This document shows, in pieces, positions 30,820 through 41,396 of a stretch of 44,619 nt of DNA. Where the stretch lies: assembly GCA_001275005.1 (NCBI GenBank), contig JWZX01002861.1, positions 1-44,619 of the forward strand, in the 5' to 3' direction. The position numbers were made by a program, and so were the translations under genes. Each line of letters opens with the position of its first letter. The stretch's first letter is position 1. The DNA comes from Chrysochromulina tobinii (Eukaryota). The notes beneath the pieces were generated by a model, which saw only the letters and a program-made list of their open reading frames with translations, was not told the origin of the DNA and searched no databases.

Positions 30820-32061
30820 ATGTTAGAGGACATCTGGCCGCACGTGGTCATCGACATGCTGGAGGCCTGCGATGACCCTCGTTCTGCATGGCATCGCCGG
30901 CGCAACCTCTTCTTGCCACTTACCACGCGAAGAGGAACGAAGCGCTCTGCTGCTGACGATGAAACCGATGGCTCGCAGACGAGCCACCCAGTAGAGAACG
31001 AGCCAGGCCTGTGCGATGCCATCATCTCGGTGGTAGCACGAATGAAGAGTGGCGAGCTTCTCATAGCGCCGGTGCGACTTGGTGATCTGAGCACCGGTAA
31101 GGCACCCGACCTTCCCAATCTGTCGCTGATCACACAACAGCAGGACAGTGGCTTTGCCTTCCAAGTGGGGGCAGTGGATGTGAATGATATTCGCGGTGGC
31201 GAGCTCGGCGCGCCGCTTCTCTTCTCCTCTCTCCTGCGCAACGACACCGACGCCGACACAAGCCTCGCTGCTCTTGGACACACTTGGATCGTTCCACGAC
31301 AGAGCGCTTGCTGCCTGTGCGCCGCGCGGCGGTGGCGAGAGATGCGACCAATCATCGGGTGCGATGGCTATCGGCTGATGGTGCTCGACCCTCCCTGGCA
31401 TTCCAAGTCGGTGCAGCGTGCCGCCAAGTACACGACACGACACAAGCGCGAAATACTGGCTGACTTGGTGCCTGCCATTCGGTGCGTTGAAGCCTTCTCA
31501 CTCGAATGACGCCGATTGCTTGTTGACTAGATTCATGCAAGCATCGATCTCGTTTCCCGCTGGCGCAGTGCTCTGCGCTCCCCAGACGCCTGCCTCCTTG
31601 CTGTATGGGTCACCAACTCGATCAAAGTGCAAGAGTTTGTCGAGCGGGTCCTGTTCTGCAGCCTTGGCGCGACAGCCGTCGCCCGATGGTACTGGGTCAA
31701 GCTCGCTGCAGACGGCAAGTGGACGAGCGACCCGACCTCTGCGCATCGGAAGCCGTGGGAGGTGCTCTTGATCGGCTATGTGGGCGGCAGCCGCCAGCCG
31801 TCGCCGCCACTGCCCCGGCGCCTTGCGATCGTCTGCGTACCCTATGCGGATCAGCACTCAGCGAAGCCGTCGCTCGATGCACTTCTGAGGCAGCATGCGG
31901 CGGGGCATCTGATGGGAGACGCGGCGGTGCCGAGCGAAGAGGCATGGGACCGGCTGCCCAAGTGCGAGCTGTTTGCGAGGGACGTCAAGCCGCACTGGCA
32001 TGCGTACGGCGATGAGGTGCTTCGGTATCAACACGTGGGTTGGCATGTGAGAAGGTCGTAG
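30820..32061 (+). CDS. METTL4: MT-A70 family N6-adenine methyltransferase, METTL4-like; exons 30820-31481 and 31569-32061
   Basis: VLDPPWHSKSV, AVWVTN, WYWVKL, HRKPWEVLLIG, HSAKP, ELFAR and WHAYGDEV. GT-AG intron 31482-31568 restores the frame. Confidence 0.88.
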
Positions 32062-32922
32062 AGATTGGCGTCGGGGAAATCCCTGGGGAGAGCGACGAGA
32101 CTCGTCAAATGCCACTCTCAAGTGATGTGGTCGAGAACGGACAAGTTCGATTTTGACTAGGAGTGTGTAGGGATCACGGTGTTTCGCCGAGCGGCCGCGT
32201 GAGTCTGTGCGGCATCGACGCGCGTGTTCGGCGTGCGGCCGCAGGTGCGCGGCACGGCAGAGCCAGAGGGCACGCCCTCCGACCGCCTCCGACCCGAGAC
32301 CGACGGCCGGCGAAGAGAGCTCAAGACCGGCTTGATCCATGATCGTTGCTCGCCTTCCCGTCCGGTCGGAATCGCGTAGAGCCCGAGCCGCACCGCCGAG
32401 CGTTCAGCGTAGCCGAAGAGACGCGAGATACGGCCGCGGGCCGGCCCCGGGCGCCGGGCCGAGGCGAAAAAATGCGAATCGAGGATTATGGCAGAGTCCA
32501 GAGATATTAATATCTTTAAAGAACCTCCGCACCAGCTCAATAGTCTCACGCACTCCAAACCGCGCAACAGTCTCGCCGGAACCGAACGCGCGGCGCCGGG
32601 GGACCGGACCGCGACGTAACCGCGACGCCCGGTGTGTCGGGTGCGACCCCTCGACGTCGCGCATCGGATCCTTATCGGAGACCCCATTAATCCCTCTATT
32701 AATCGTCATCATTCGGGCACGGGAAGCGCGGATATTTATGTGGGCACATCCCACAGGGCACGGCCTCGCGGCTACGCGCGGGCCACGGCCTCGTAAACTT
32801 GCAGCATCGGTGCGAAGAATAGGATTGCTTGGAGCATGAAGTACAAGTACAGGTTGATCTGCGCGGGGAGGGGCCTGAACTCTGCCATCACCCTCATGAC
32901 CCCAAGGCTATCTGAGCTGAAC

Positions 32923-34245
32923 CTACCTGGGGCTCCGAACCGCTCCGGTTGGCGGGTAGGCGTACTTCACCCCTCCCTTGCGAAGAGTCGGCCTGGACGC
33001 ATCCGAACGCGCCGAAGCCAACGTGGCTGCCACCCCCCCGAGCACGATCGACTCTTCCCCGCCCGCTTCAGTCTTGCTTTGCGGAGGCTCGCGTGTTGCA
33101 CGTGTCATCTCGCGCAATAAGGCCGCGTTCCTCTCGGCCTTCTCCTTTTCCTTCTTGGCCAGCTGCTCTTTAAACTCTTTCTGTTCCTTGTCCAAGGCCA
33201 ATGCTCTCTCGGCGGCCTCTGCATTCAGCTTCTTGAGATGCTGTTTGCGCTCTTCATCCTTGGCTGCTTTCTCGGCCAACTGACGTGCCAATGCTTGCTC
33301 AACCTTTTTACGCACGATGCGTTTATCCTTTTCGCTTTTCATATGGGGTGGGCTTGAGGGTGGCTGTGGCACGAGCGGTTCAGGAGGCACCATAGGCGCG
33401 CGCGGTGTGCCAGCGCGTGACGCTGCCTCTCGTTCGAAACGCTCTTGCTGCTCTTTCTGCACCGCTAGCGCCTTCTCTTCACGTTCTGCAAGCTCCTGCT
33501 CCATGCGTTCCCGATCCCTTTGCTTCCGTAGTTTGATAATACGCCCTGGTATGGCTTCAATGGGCAAGAGCCGTGGGTTCGCAGGATTCTCACGGATCAC
33601 CGGGTTCTCCCAGACATCAACCTGTAGCAGTTTACCCTGGTATTTCAAGAGCTCGCCTGTGTCACCTTTGTGGGGCTGATGCAACTCATCAAACAGCTTG
33701 ATGAGTGCTGGGCTCATCAGATCGCCCTCACCGTCTGCCGTAGGCGGTACTTCCCTGTAGCAGCGACCATCCTTTAGCAGCGCTTCCTTGATAGCCAAGT
33801 CGAACATTTCTCGCCCGATCCGTCCGTTTCCGTCTGAGTACACCTCTAGGCTTTCCTTCAGTGTCGGAGTGATGCGTGGGATCGTATCCAGGAGGCGATC
33901 ACGCATCGTCAGAGGTTCGAAATGAGGTGCTTGGATGCTCCCAAACTTCTCAGGCAGTAGAGCTCGACGTGCGGAAGGTATGCGTGGTCTTGCGCTGGAT
34001 CCTTGCGTGCGCGGCGACTTGGAATCATCAACAGCTGAGGTCGACGCTATCAACCCCCCGAACCCGACATAGTTACCGAATGCATCGTACCGCTTTTTCT
34101 CCTCTGCTTCTTCTTCCAGCTGGCGCCTGCGGGCCTCCTCCTTCGAAAAGAGAGCCGCATACATCTTCTCCACCTCTACCTGACGCTTCATCTCCTTCTG
34201 TTCCGCCTGCTGTGCTTTCAGCTTGGCTAATTCGCCCAACAGCAT
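32923..34245 (-). CDS. Hypothetical K/E-rich coiled-coil protein
   Basis: Long ORF, likely ATG at 34245. The stop overlaps AG|GTAGGT, so the 3' end may be spliced. Confidence 0.65.
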   Translation of the reverse strand: MLLGELAKLKAQQAEQKEMKRQVEVEKMYAALFSKEEARRRQLEEEAEEKKRYDAFGNYVGFGGLIASTSAVDDSKSPRTQGSSARPRIPSARRALLPEKFGSIQAPHFEPLTMRDRLLDTIPRITPTLKESLEVYSDGNGRIGREMFDLAIKEALLKDGRCYREVPPTADGEGDLMSPALIKLFDELHQPHKGDTGELLKYQGKLLQVDVWENPVIRENPANPRLLPIEAIPGRIIKLRKQRDRERMEQELAEREEKALAVQKEQQERFEREAASRAGTPRAPMVPPEPLVPQPPSSPPHMKSEKDKRIVRKKVEQALARQLAEKAAKDEERKQHLKKLNAEAAERALALDKEQKEFKEQLAKKEKEKAERNAALLREMTRATREPPQSKTEAGGEESIVLGGVAATLASARSDASRPTLRKGGVKYAYPPTGAVRSPR

Positions 34246-34486
34246 TCTTTCGAACACCGAGAGCACACCGAGAGCAGAGTCAACTCGAACAGCGAGTGCC
34301 GCGGCCGCTGAACGCTCAAACTTGCCAAGAGAAACGTCAGCGCGGCGAACAGGTACAGAAAGTTCAAGGAGTTCTGGAGATCCGTACTGTACAGCAGGCC
34401 ACTTATCGGTGTCCCGACCTTAGGTGTCTTTTACGGAATGCGGTCAGCGTATGATTACAAGTACAATCAGTCCCAGCAGCACTGCT

Positions 34487-35714
34487 ATGAGTGGCGGCGG
34501 CGAGGAGACGAGCGCTCCCGCGTCGAGCCGTCTGGGTGCGCACAGCCTAGCTATTGCCCATGTGCACCCATTCACTCTGTTCACCGCCATGCGATGTGCC
34601 GGCCGCGTCCTTCTCAGGTACTCTCGGCCTAGCAATGTGGCAAATGGGCCGCAACACGGCGCTCGGTGCGGCTGAATACATGACGCCTGTGCTCGTGCAG
34701 TCTCAGTTCACCGAGAAGGGTGTCCTCACGCCTGCGGAGTTTGTGGCCGCCGGCGACATGCTCGTGCTGCGCTGCCCGACGTGGCAGTGGCAGGCGGGCG
34801 ACCCTGCCAGGGCGCGGCCCTTCCTACCACCCAACAAGCAGTTCCTGCTCACCAAGAATGTGCCGTGCCAGCGGCGCGCGTGCACGCTCGGCGCGGGCGC
34901 TGCCGACGAGGCGCAGGTGGACGGTGTGGATGGTGACGCGGAGGGCTGGGTGGCCACGCACACGTCGCACGCGGCCAAGGCCATCGCGGACGAGGACGCA
35001 CCTGACATGGAGGACATGGAGACGATCACCGCCAGAACGGCCTCCCTCCTTTCCCACATCGACGCCGCCCACGGCGGTGAGATCAACAACGTCAGTAGCG
35101 CGCCCACACCTCCGCCGCCGCCACCCGCTGGCGCACCCGCCGCCGCCGAGCCCGCCGCCACCGAGCCCGCCACCGCCACGCCCGCCGCCGTCGCTGGTGC
35201 CAGTGCCAGTGCCAGGGCCGGTGCGTCAGCTCCGTCAGTGGTTCCTGGGCTCGAGGACTGCGAGGAGTTTCTGGAAGAGGATGACCCGAGTCTACTCGTC
35301 ATCCCGTCATCGGGGGCGGGGGCGAACAGCGCCGATGGCATTCTGCGCACCCGCACGTACGACGTGTCGATCACTTACGACAAGTACTATCAGTGTGGCC
35401 GAGTCTGGCTGTTCGGCTACACGGAGACGCGCCAGCCGCTGACCCAGGGGCAGATCCTGGAGGATATCTCGACGGATCACGCGCTCAAGACAGTGTCCCT
35501 CGAGGCACACCCGCACATTGCCTCGAACGCCGGCCTGTACGCTTCCATTCACCCATGTAAGCATGCATCCGTCATGCAGAAGCTCTGTGCCGAGCTCCGA
35601 GCTGGAGGCAAGGAGACGAAACCAGAGCAATACCTGTTCCTTTTCCTCAAGTTCATCAGCGCCGTGTGCCCCACGATAGAGTATGACTACACGATGAGCG
35701 TCGACGGCCTCTGA
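34487..35714 (+). CDS. ATG3: Autophagy E2-like enzyme ATG3; exons 34487-34535 and 34618-35714
   Basis: AEYMTPVL..SQF...GVLTPAEFVAAGD, RTYDVSITYDKYYQ, catalytic HPCKH and FLKFISAVCPTIEYDYT. Intron 34536-34617 inferred (G|GTGCGC...TTCTCAG|). Confidence 0.96.
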
Positions 35715-36546
35715 GAGGCTCCCAGGGGCGTAATGACGACGTGATTACGAGCGCGAGTGCGAGGGCATGGGCAGGCTCGGCGTTCACGTGGCGAGAGCCC
35801 AATCGTGGGATCGGGCGCGGCAAACGGCAAGGAGAGATGAGAGAGAGGTGACGATCCGCGTCAGAGGGTGATTCGAGATTCCGGAGGCGGAGCGCGCGAC
35901 GCGCGGTGTCCGTGCGGCGGCGGGGAACCGAGGTTTGGCACAGCATGCTTTCCCCGCCGGGCGGCCCTCGCTCGAATCAGCCATCAGGACCCAGGTCCGT
36001 GTGTGCCACCAGCCAGATGATGTGCGACCCCCGCAGGCCGCAGCGGTCCGGCCGCCCCGCGCGGCGAGGCGTCGGGGCTGCGCGACACGTGGCCCCTGCC
36101 ACGCGCCCTGCGCCCTGGCCCGTGCCCCTCCCCTCACACTCAGAGGTGCAACTTTGCAATTGCTAGCCGTTTCAGAGACCCGACCGGGCCGGGGCGTCCG
36201 GCTCCCGCGTCGGGCGACGCGGCCGTTCGCCGGGGAGGGTTCGCGTTCCCCGGGCCGTTCCGGCGTTCGGTCGGCATTGTGAATCATTGTCGAATCATTG
36301 TGCATCGGATGTTCCGTCGGAGTGTGTATCGAGAGTGTGTAGGAGTTTAGTACAGCGCATACACATGACGCCCCAACACCGCACGCGCATACATGGCGTC
36401 ACCACACTTCCTGACGGGTCCACGCTCCACCTGTGCCGGCACGCTCGAATATGCTCGTCGCGGCCGGGCCCAGAGTGCCAGGTAGAGCCAGACGACGTAA
36501 GCCGCATGAAGTAAAAGGGGGCTTCCGCTCGGGTCTGCGCCGTGGC

Positions 36547-37911
36547 TCACCAGCACTGCTGCGAGAGGAAGCGACGGCGGCAAAGCGCGTGTCCTTCCTC
36601 GTGGTACTGGGCGCGTGTGACCGTCTGAGATGGGTAGGCCTCACTCGAGGCGAACAGGGAGCCGCCCCGCCACGTGGCGAGTAGTGGGTCGCTTGCATGC
36701 GTGAGGCCGATTTCCATGTCGGCCGGCACGAGAGCGCGCAGCTCGCGTTGGAGGCGCTCCCCAAAGTTGGGAAAGCGTGAGCTGCCGCCGGTGACCACCA
36801 CATTCGAGTAGAGCGCCTCGCGCAGGTCAGGTAGGCACGCCTCGACTGCCTGCACCACGCACTCGGCCACACCCGCCTGCTCAAGCCCTATGTCCGACGG
36901 TCGGAAGAGGATCTCGGGCACCGAGATGCGTTCATTGGAGAGGTGGAGCACCTGCTCCTCGGCCGCGACGGCGCCCGTCTTCGTCCCCTTCTTGGTCGCG
37001 GCGGCGGCGGCGGCGGCGGCGGCGGCCGGCGGCTCGGGCGCCGTCTTGGGTGGCTCAGGCGCATTCGGGTCCCGGATCTGCCCCTTGAAATGGTTCACGT
37101 AATCGGGCATGATGAAGTCACGGCGCAGCGTGTTCTTCTTGCCCTTGAAGCGTGTGAGCGCGAGCTCGGCGGGCAGGTCGAGCGACACGTAGCACAACCG
37201 CTCCTTGACGTCGTTGATCAGGTGGGTCTCCTCCATCACGTTGTACGAGCGGTACGAGATGATCTGTTTCAGGTGGTTGGTGAGCATCTTGCCGCCCACG
37301 TTGAGACGCTTGGTCGCAAAGTTGAGGGGCACGCCGCCGAAGATGGGCACACAGTGCGTCGCCGAGAAGCCGCAGTCGACGACGAGCGTCGCCGGGCGTG
37401 CCGAAGACGCGCCACCCGCGTCCTCGGCTGCTGCGGCCGCCGCCGTCGGCTGCGCCTGCGCCTTCTGCTGCTGCTGCTGTTGCTGCTGCTGCATGGCGAG
37501 CGCGGCGAGCACAGGGGCCTGGCGCGTGCAATACGAGTCGAAGCCAAAGTGTTCGAAGACCATCTCGTCAAGTGTGTCCTGAATGGCCGTCGGGCAGAGC
37601 GGCGTCTCCGAAAGCAGCAGGCTGCACTCTGACGGGTTGATGCGCAGCACGTCCGGGCCGAAGGCGCGCGCCCACACCTCGGCCTGCGTGTCCCAGTTGA
37701 CGAGGCAGCCGCGCTCGAGCGAGAGCCGGTACTGCAGCGCCGAGAAGTCGTTGCACGAGTCAAACTGGTCGGCGACAAAGACCTTGTGCTCGCTCTTCGA
37801 CTTCGCTTGGCCGTTGGTCATGAGCCGAACCGGGTCGGGCTGCCCGGCGAAGCCGACCTTACACGTCGATCCGCCGTTGTCGATGACGATACGCACCGTC
37901 TGCTTGGGCAT
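36547..37911 (-). CDS. ARP6: Actin-related protein 6 (SWR1 complex)
   Basis: IVIDNGG..CKVG, ERGCLVNWDTQ, GGKMLTNHLK..ISYR.YNVMEETHLINDVKE and ERISVPEILFRPSDIG; carries polyQ and polyA insertions. Confidence 0.95.
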   Translation of the reverse strand: MPKQTVRIVIDNGGSTCKVGFAGQPDPVRLMTNGQAKSKSEHKVFVADQFDSCNDFSALQYRLSLERGCLVNWDTQAEVWARAFGPDVLRINPSECSLLLSETPLCPTAIQDTLDEMVFEHFGFDSYCTRQAPVLAALAMQQQQQQQQQKAQAQPTAAAAAAEDAGGASSARPATLVVDCGFSATHCVPIFGGVPLNFATKRLNVGGKMLTNHLKQIISYRSYNVMEETHLINDVKERLCYVSLDLPAELALTRFKGKKNTLRRDFIMPDYVNHFKGQIRDPNAPEPPKTAPEPPAAAAAAAAAATKKGTKTGAVAAEEQVLHLSNERISVPEILFRPSDIGLEQAGVAECVVQAVEACLPDLREALYSNVVVTGGSSRFPNFGERLQRELRALVPADMEIGLTHASDPLLATWRGGSLFASSEAYPSQTVTRAQYHEEGHALCRRRFLSQQCW

Positions 37912-38291
37912 GGCGGAGCGTGGGCGCGGCGCGCGCCGCGCGGCGCGTGCGTCGCAACTCAGCGAGCGGTACTAGACCAAAATGCTGTGAATATCATGAA
38001 ATCCTGGCTTCGAAGAACATACTTTTGAAAGCTTTCCGAGCTAGATCCGGCGGGAAATCGATCGCGGCGTCAGTCCGGACCGCTTCTCGCACTCGTCACT
38101 CGGTCCGCTTCGCCGCTCGCCTATCTGCCTGAGCCCGAACGCGCTCCGTCACCTGGCGCAATCCTCGGCCGCCTGCCCACCGCAAGAAAGACCGCCTCAC
38201 CCTCGCTCGCGCGCTCACGCGTGCCTCGCGCTCCCCGCCCGCGCCGCGTTCTGTAGGTTGCTGAAGAATCAAGAGACGCCTTCTCTCTCCC

Positions 38292-41200
38292 ATGGCGACC
38301 TCGATGGACGTGGACGAGCCGCAGACGACGCGCATCGATGAGGGGCTCTACAGCCGCCAGCTCTACGTGCTCGGTGCCGATGCCATGAAGCGCATGATGG
38401 GCAGCAGCGTCCTCATTGTCGGCCTCAACGGCCTTGGCGTGGAGGTGGCCAAGAACGTGGTGCTCGCGGGCGTCAAGTCGGTGACCATCCACGACGACGT
38501 GCCCGTGCAGATCGCCGACCTCGGCGCGCAGTTCTTCCTGCGCGAGGCCGACGTCGGCCAGCCGCGCGCCGCGGTGACCAAGCCGCGGCTCGCGGAGCTC
38601 AACAACTATGTGCCGGTCGAGGTGCACACGGGCGCGCTGAGTGCAGCGGTGGTGAGCAGCTTCAGCATCGTGGTAATCTGCGGCGGCGTGCCCATGGCCG
38701 AGTGCGTCTCCATCAACGCCGTGTGCCGCGCCGCCGGCGTGCGCTTCATCCTGGCGGAGACGTTTGGCGTCTTCGGCTACACCTTCTGCGACTTTGGCGA
38801 CGAGTTCGTCGTAGTGGACGCCAACGGCGAGGAGCCGACAAGCTCGATGGTGGCGACGATCGACAACTCCGTAGAGCCCGCCGTCGTCACATGCCTCGAG
38901 GACACGCGCCACGGCCTCGAAGACGGCGACTACGTGCGCTTCACCGAGGTGGGCGGCATGGCTGCCCTCAACGAGGCCGAGGCACGCCCCGTCGTGGTGA
39001 TCAACCCGCACTCGTTCAAGGTGAATGGCATAGGCGGGATGGGCTCGCACACGAGTGGCGGGCTTATCATGCAAGTCAAGCAGAATAAGACGGTCCACTT
39101 CAAGTCTCTCGCTGAGGCGATCACCAACCCGGACGCGGCCAACATCGTGCCCTCCGATTTCGGCAAATTCGACCGGATGCACCAGCTGCATTGGGGCGTG
39201 CAGGCGCTGCATGCGTACGCGGCTGAGTGTGGCGGCCTGCCCACGCCCTCGGACGCGACCGCCGCGGCCAAGGTGCTCGAGCTCGCTCAGAAGCTCGCGA
39301 CCGCCGCAGGCGCCCAGATCGAGTTCTCGCCTCGGCTGCTGCACAATCTCGCTTCGGGCTCGCGCGGCGAGATGGCGCCGCTCACGGCCTTCTTTGGCGG
39401 CATCGTGGGACAAGAGGTGATGAAGGCGTGCAGCGGCAAGTTCCACCCGCTCATGCAGTGGCTCTACTTTGACGCCGAGGAGGCGCTGCCGGCCAACGGC
39501 GAGGCGCTTCTGCCGGCCGAGCAGACGGCACCGCGTGGCACGCGCTACGACGGGCAGGCGGGCGTGCTCGGCTGGCCGTTGGTCGAGAAGCTCTTCGAGC
39601 TGCGCTACCTGCTCGTGGGCTCGGGCGCCATTGGGTGCGAGATGCTCAAGAATTGGGCGATGATGGGCGTGGGCACCGGCGCGAACGGCGGCGTCGTGCT
39701 CACCGACCCCGACACGATCGAGAAGTCGAACCTGAGCCGCCAGTTCCTCTTCCGCTCATGGGACATCCAGTCGTCCAAGGCGCAAAAGGCGGCGGCGGCG
39801 ATCAGCGTGATGAACCCGCAGATGAAGGTGGAGGCGCTGCTGCAGCGCGTGGGCGCCGACACCGAGGACGTCTTCGACGACGCGTTTTGGGAGCCTCTCT
39901 CGGGCGTGTGCAACGCCCTCGACAACGTGCAGGCGCGCCTGTACGTCGACCAGCGCTGCGTCTACTACTCAAAGAGCCTGCTCGAGTCGGGCACGCTCGG
40001 CGCCAAGGGCAACGTGCAGGTGGTCGTTCCGCAGCTGACCGAATCGTACGGCTCGTCGCGCGACCCGCCCGAGAAGTCGATCCCCGTGTGCACCCTCAAA
40101 AACTTCCCCAACCAGATCGAGCATACGATCCAATGGGCCCGCGACGTCTTCGAGGGCTTCTTCAAGCAGTCCGCCGAGGATGCGAACTCGTACCTGTCGC
40201 AGCCCGACTTTCTCAGCGCGCTCGAGCGCCAGCCGGGCGTGCGCAAACCGACCCTCGAGGCGCTCCGCGCGAACCTCTCGTCGGAGCGACCGATTTCGCT
40301 CGAGCAGTGCATCGTGTGGGCGCGGCTGCGCTTCGAGGAGCTCTTCCACAACTCGATCGCGCAGCTGCTCTTCAACTTCCCGCTCGACATGACCACCTCG
40401 AGCGGCACGCCCTTTTGGAGCGGCCCCAAGCGGCCGCCCACGCCCCTCGTCTTCTCGACCGACGACCCGATGCACCTTGACTTTCTCCTTGCGGCCGCCA
40501 ACCTACGCGCCTTCAACTACGGGCTCAAGGGGTCGACGGACCGCGCGTTCATCAAAAAGGTGGTCGACACGGTCATGGTGCCCGAGTTCGTGCCCAAGTC
40601 GGGCGTCAAGATCACGAGCGACCCGAAGGAGGAGGAGAAGGAGGGCGGCGCCGCGGCCGCCGCGCCCCCAGATGATGAGGCCATCTGCGACGAGATCACG
40701 AAGCAGCTGCCGACGCCCTCTTCCCTCGCGGGCTACCGCATGACGCCGTGCGAGTTCGAAAAGGATGACGACACCAACTTCCACATTGACTTCATCACAG
40801 CGTGCTCCAACCTGCGCGCGACGAATTACAAGATCGCTGAGGCCGACAAGCTCAAGACGAAGCAGATCGCAGGCAAGATCATCCCCGCGATCGCGACGAC
40901 CACTGCGATGGTCACCGGGCTCGTGTGCATTGAGATGCTCAAGCTCGTGCAAGGGTCCAGCAAGAAGCTCGAGGACTACAAGAACGCCTTCTGCAACCTC
41001 GCACTTCCCTTCGTCTCCTTCTCGGAGCCGATCGCCGCGCCCACGAAGAAAGTGGGCAAGAGCGGCAAGATGTCCTGGACCCTGTGGGATCGGTTCGACA
41101 TCAACGAGGGGCGCGATATCACGCTCGAGGAGTTCCTCGCCCTCTTCAACGAGCGCCATGGGCTCGAAGTGACGATGATCTCGAGTGGGGTCTCGATCCT

Positions 41201-41396
41201 GTACTCCTTCTTCACGAACGCGAAGAAGCTCAAGGAGCGCATGCCGCTGCCCATGTCGCAGCTCGTCACCGAGGTCTCCAAGACCGAGTTCAAGCCAAAG
41301 CAGACGTACGTCACCTTCGAGATCTGCTGCAACGACACCGCCGACGACGAGGATGTCGAGGTGCCCTACGTGCGCTACAAGTTCCGCGGCTTCTGA
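38292..41396 (+). CDS. UBA1: Ubiquitin-activating enzyme E1 (intronless, 1034 aa)
   Basis: IDEGLYSRQLYVLG, GSGAIGCEMLKN, SNLSRQFLFR, catalytic PVCTLKNFP, GKIIPAIATTTA, and a UFD ending in DVEVPYVRY. Confidence 0.98.
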   Translation: MATSMDVDEPQTTRIDEGLYSRQLYVLGADAMKRMMGSSVLIVGLNGLGVEVAKNVVLAGVKSVTIHDDVPVQIADLGAQFFLREADVGQPRAAVTKPRLAELNNYVPVEVHTGALSAAVVSSFSIVVICGGVPMAECVSINAVCRAAGVRFILAETFGVFGYTFCDFGDEFVVVDANGEEPTSSMVATIDNSVEPAVVTCLEDTRHGLEDGDYVRFTEVGGMAALNEAEARPVVVINPHSFKVNGIGGMGSHTSGGLIMQVKQNKTVHFKSLAEAITNPDAANIVPSDFGKFDRMHQLHWGVQALHAYAAECGGLPTPSDATAAAKVLELAQKLATAAGAQIEFSPRLLHNLASGSRGEMAPLTAFFGGIVGQEVMKACSGKFHPLMQWLYFDAEEALPANGEALLPAEQTAPRGTRYDGQAGVLGWPLVEKLFELRYLLVGSGAIGCEMLKNWAMMGVGTGANGGVVLTDPDTIEKSNLSRQFLFRSWDIQSSKAQKAAAAISVMNPQMKVEALLQRVGADTEDVFDDAFWEPLSGVCNALDNVQARLYVDQRCVYYSKSLLESGTLGAKGNVQVVVPQLTESYGSSRDPPEKSIPVCTLKNFPNQIEHTIQWARDVFEGFFKQSAEDANSYLSQPDFLSALERQPGVRKPTLEALRANLSSERPISLEQCIVWARLRFEELFHNSIAQLLFNFPLDMTTSSGTPFWSGPKRPPTPLVFSTDDPMHLDFLLAAANLRAFNYGLKGSTDRAFIKKVVDTVMVPEFVPKSGVKITSDPKEEEKEGGAAAAAPPDDEAICDEITKQLPTPSSLAGYRMTPCEFEKDDDTNFHIDFITACSNLRATNYKIAEADKLKTKQIAGKIIPAIATTTAMVTGLVCIEMLKLVQGSSKKLEDYKNAFCNLALPFVSFSEPIAAPTKKVGKSGKMSWTLWDRFDINEGRDITLEEFLALFNERHGLEVTMISSGVSILYSFFTNAKKLKERMPLPMSQLVTEVSKTEFKPKQTYVTFEICCNDTADDEDVEVPYVRYKFRGF

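Noticed and set aside
36295..36546. 83 open codons in frame after the ARP6 TGA
   Set aside because: The context is TGA-G, the codons are not coding-like and I saw no stem. It does show that open 3' frames arise by chance here, which is a caveat for the UBA1 claim.
37004..37492. GCG and CAG triplet runs in ARP6
   Set aside because: Ordinary polyAla/polyGln loop insertions.
30820..37911. METTL4-like plus ARP6 as a 6mA/H2A.Z module
   Set aside because: They are separated by unrelated genes, and the H2A.Z-linked 6mA writer in ciliates belongs to a different MT-A70 clade.
34487..41396. ATG3 (E2-like) near UBA1 (E1) as a conjugation gene cluster
   Set aside because: ATG3 is charged by ATG7, not UBA1. 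Both are ordinary housekeeping genes and their proximity is probably chance.
41394..41396. UBA1 TGA as selenocysteine
   Set aside because: The position is not catalytic, it follows the normal C-terminus, and no convincing SECIS was seen.
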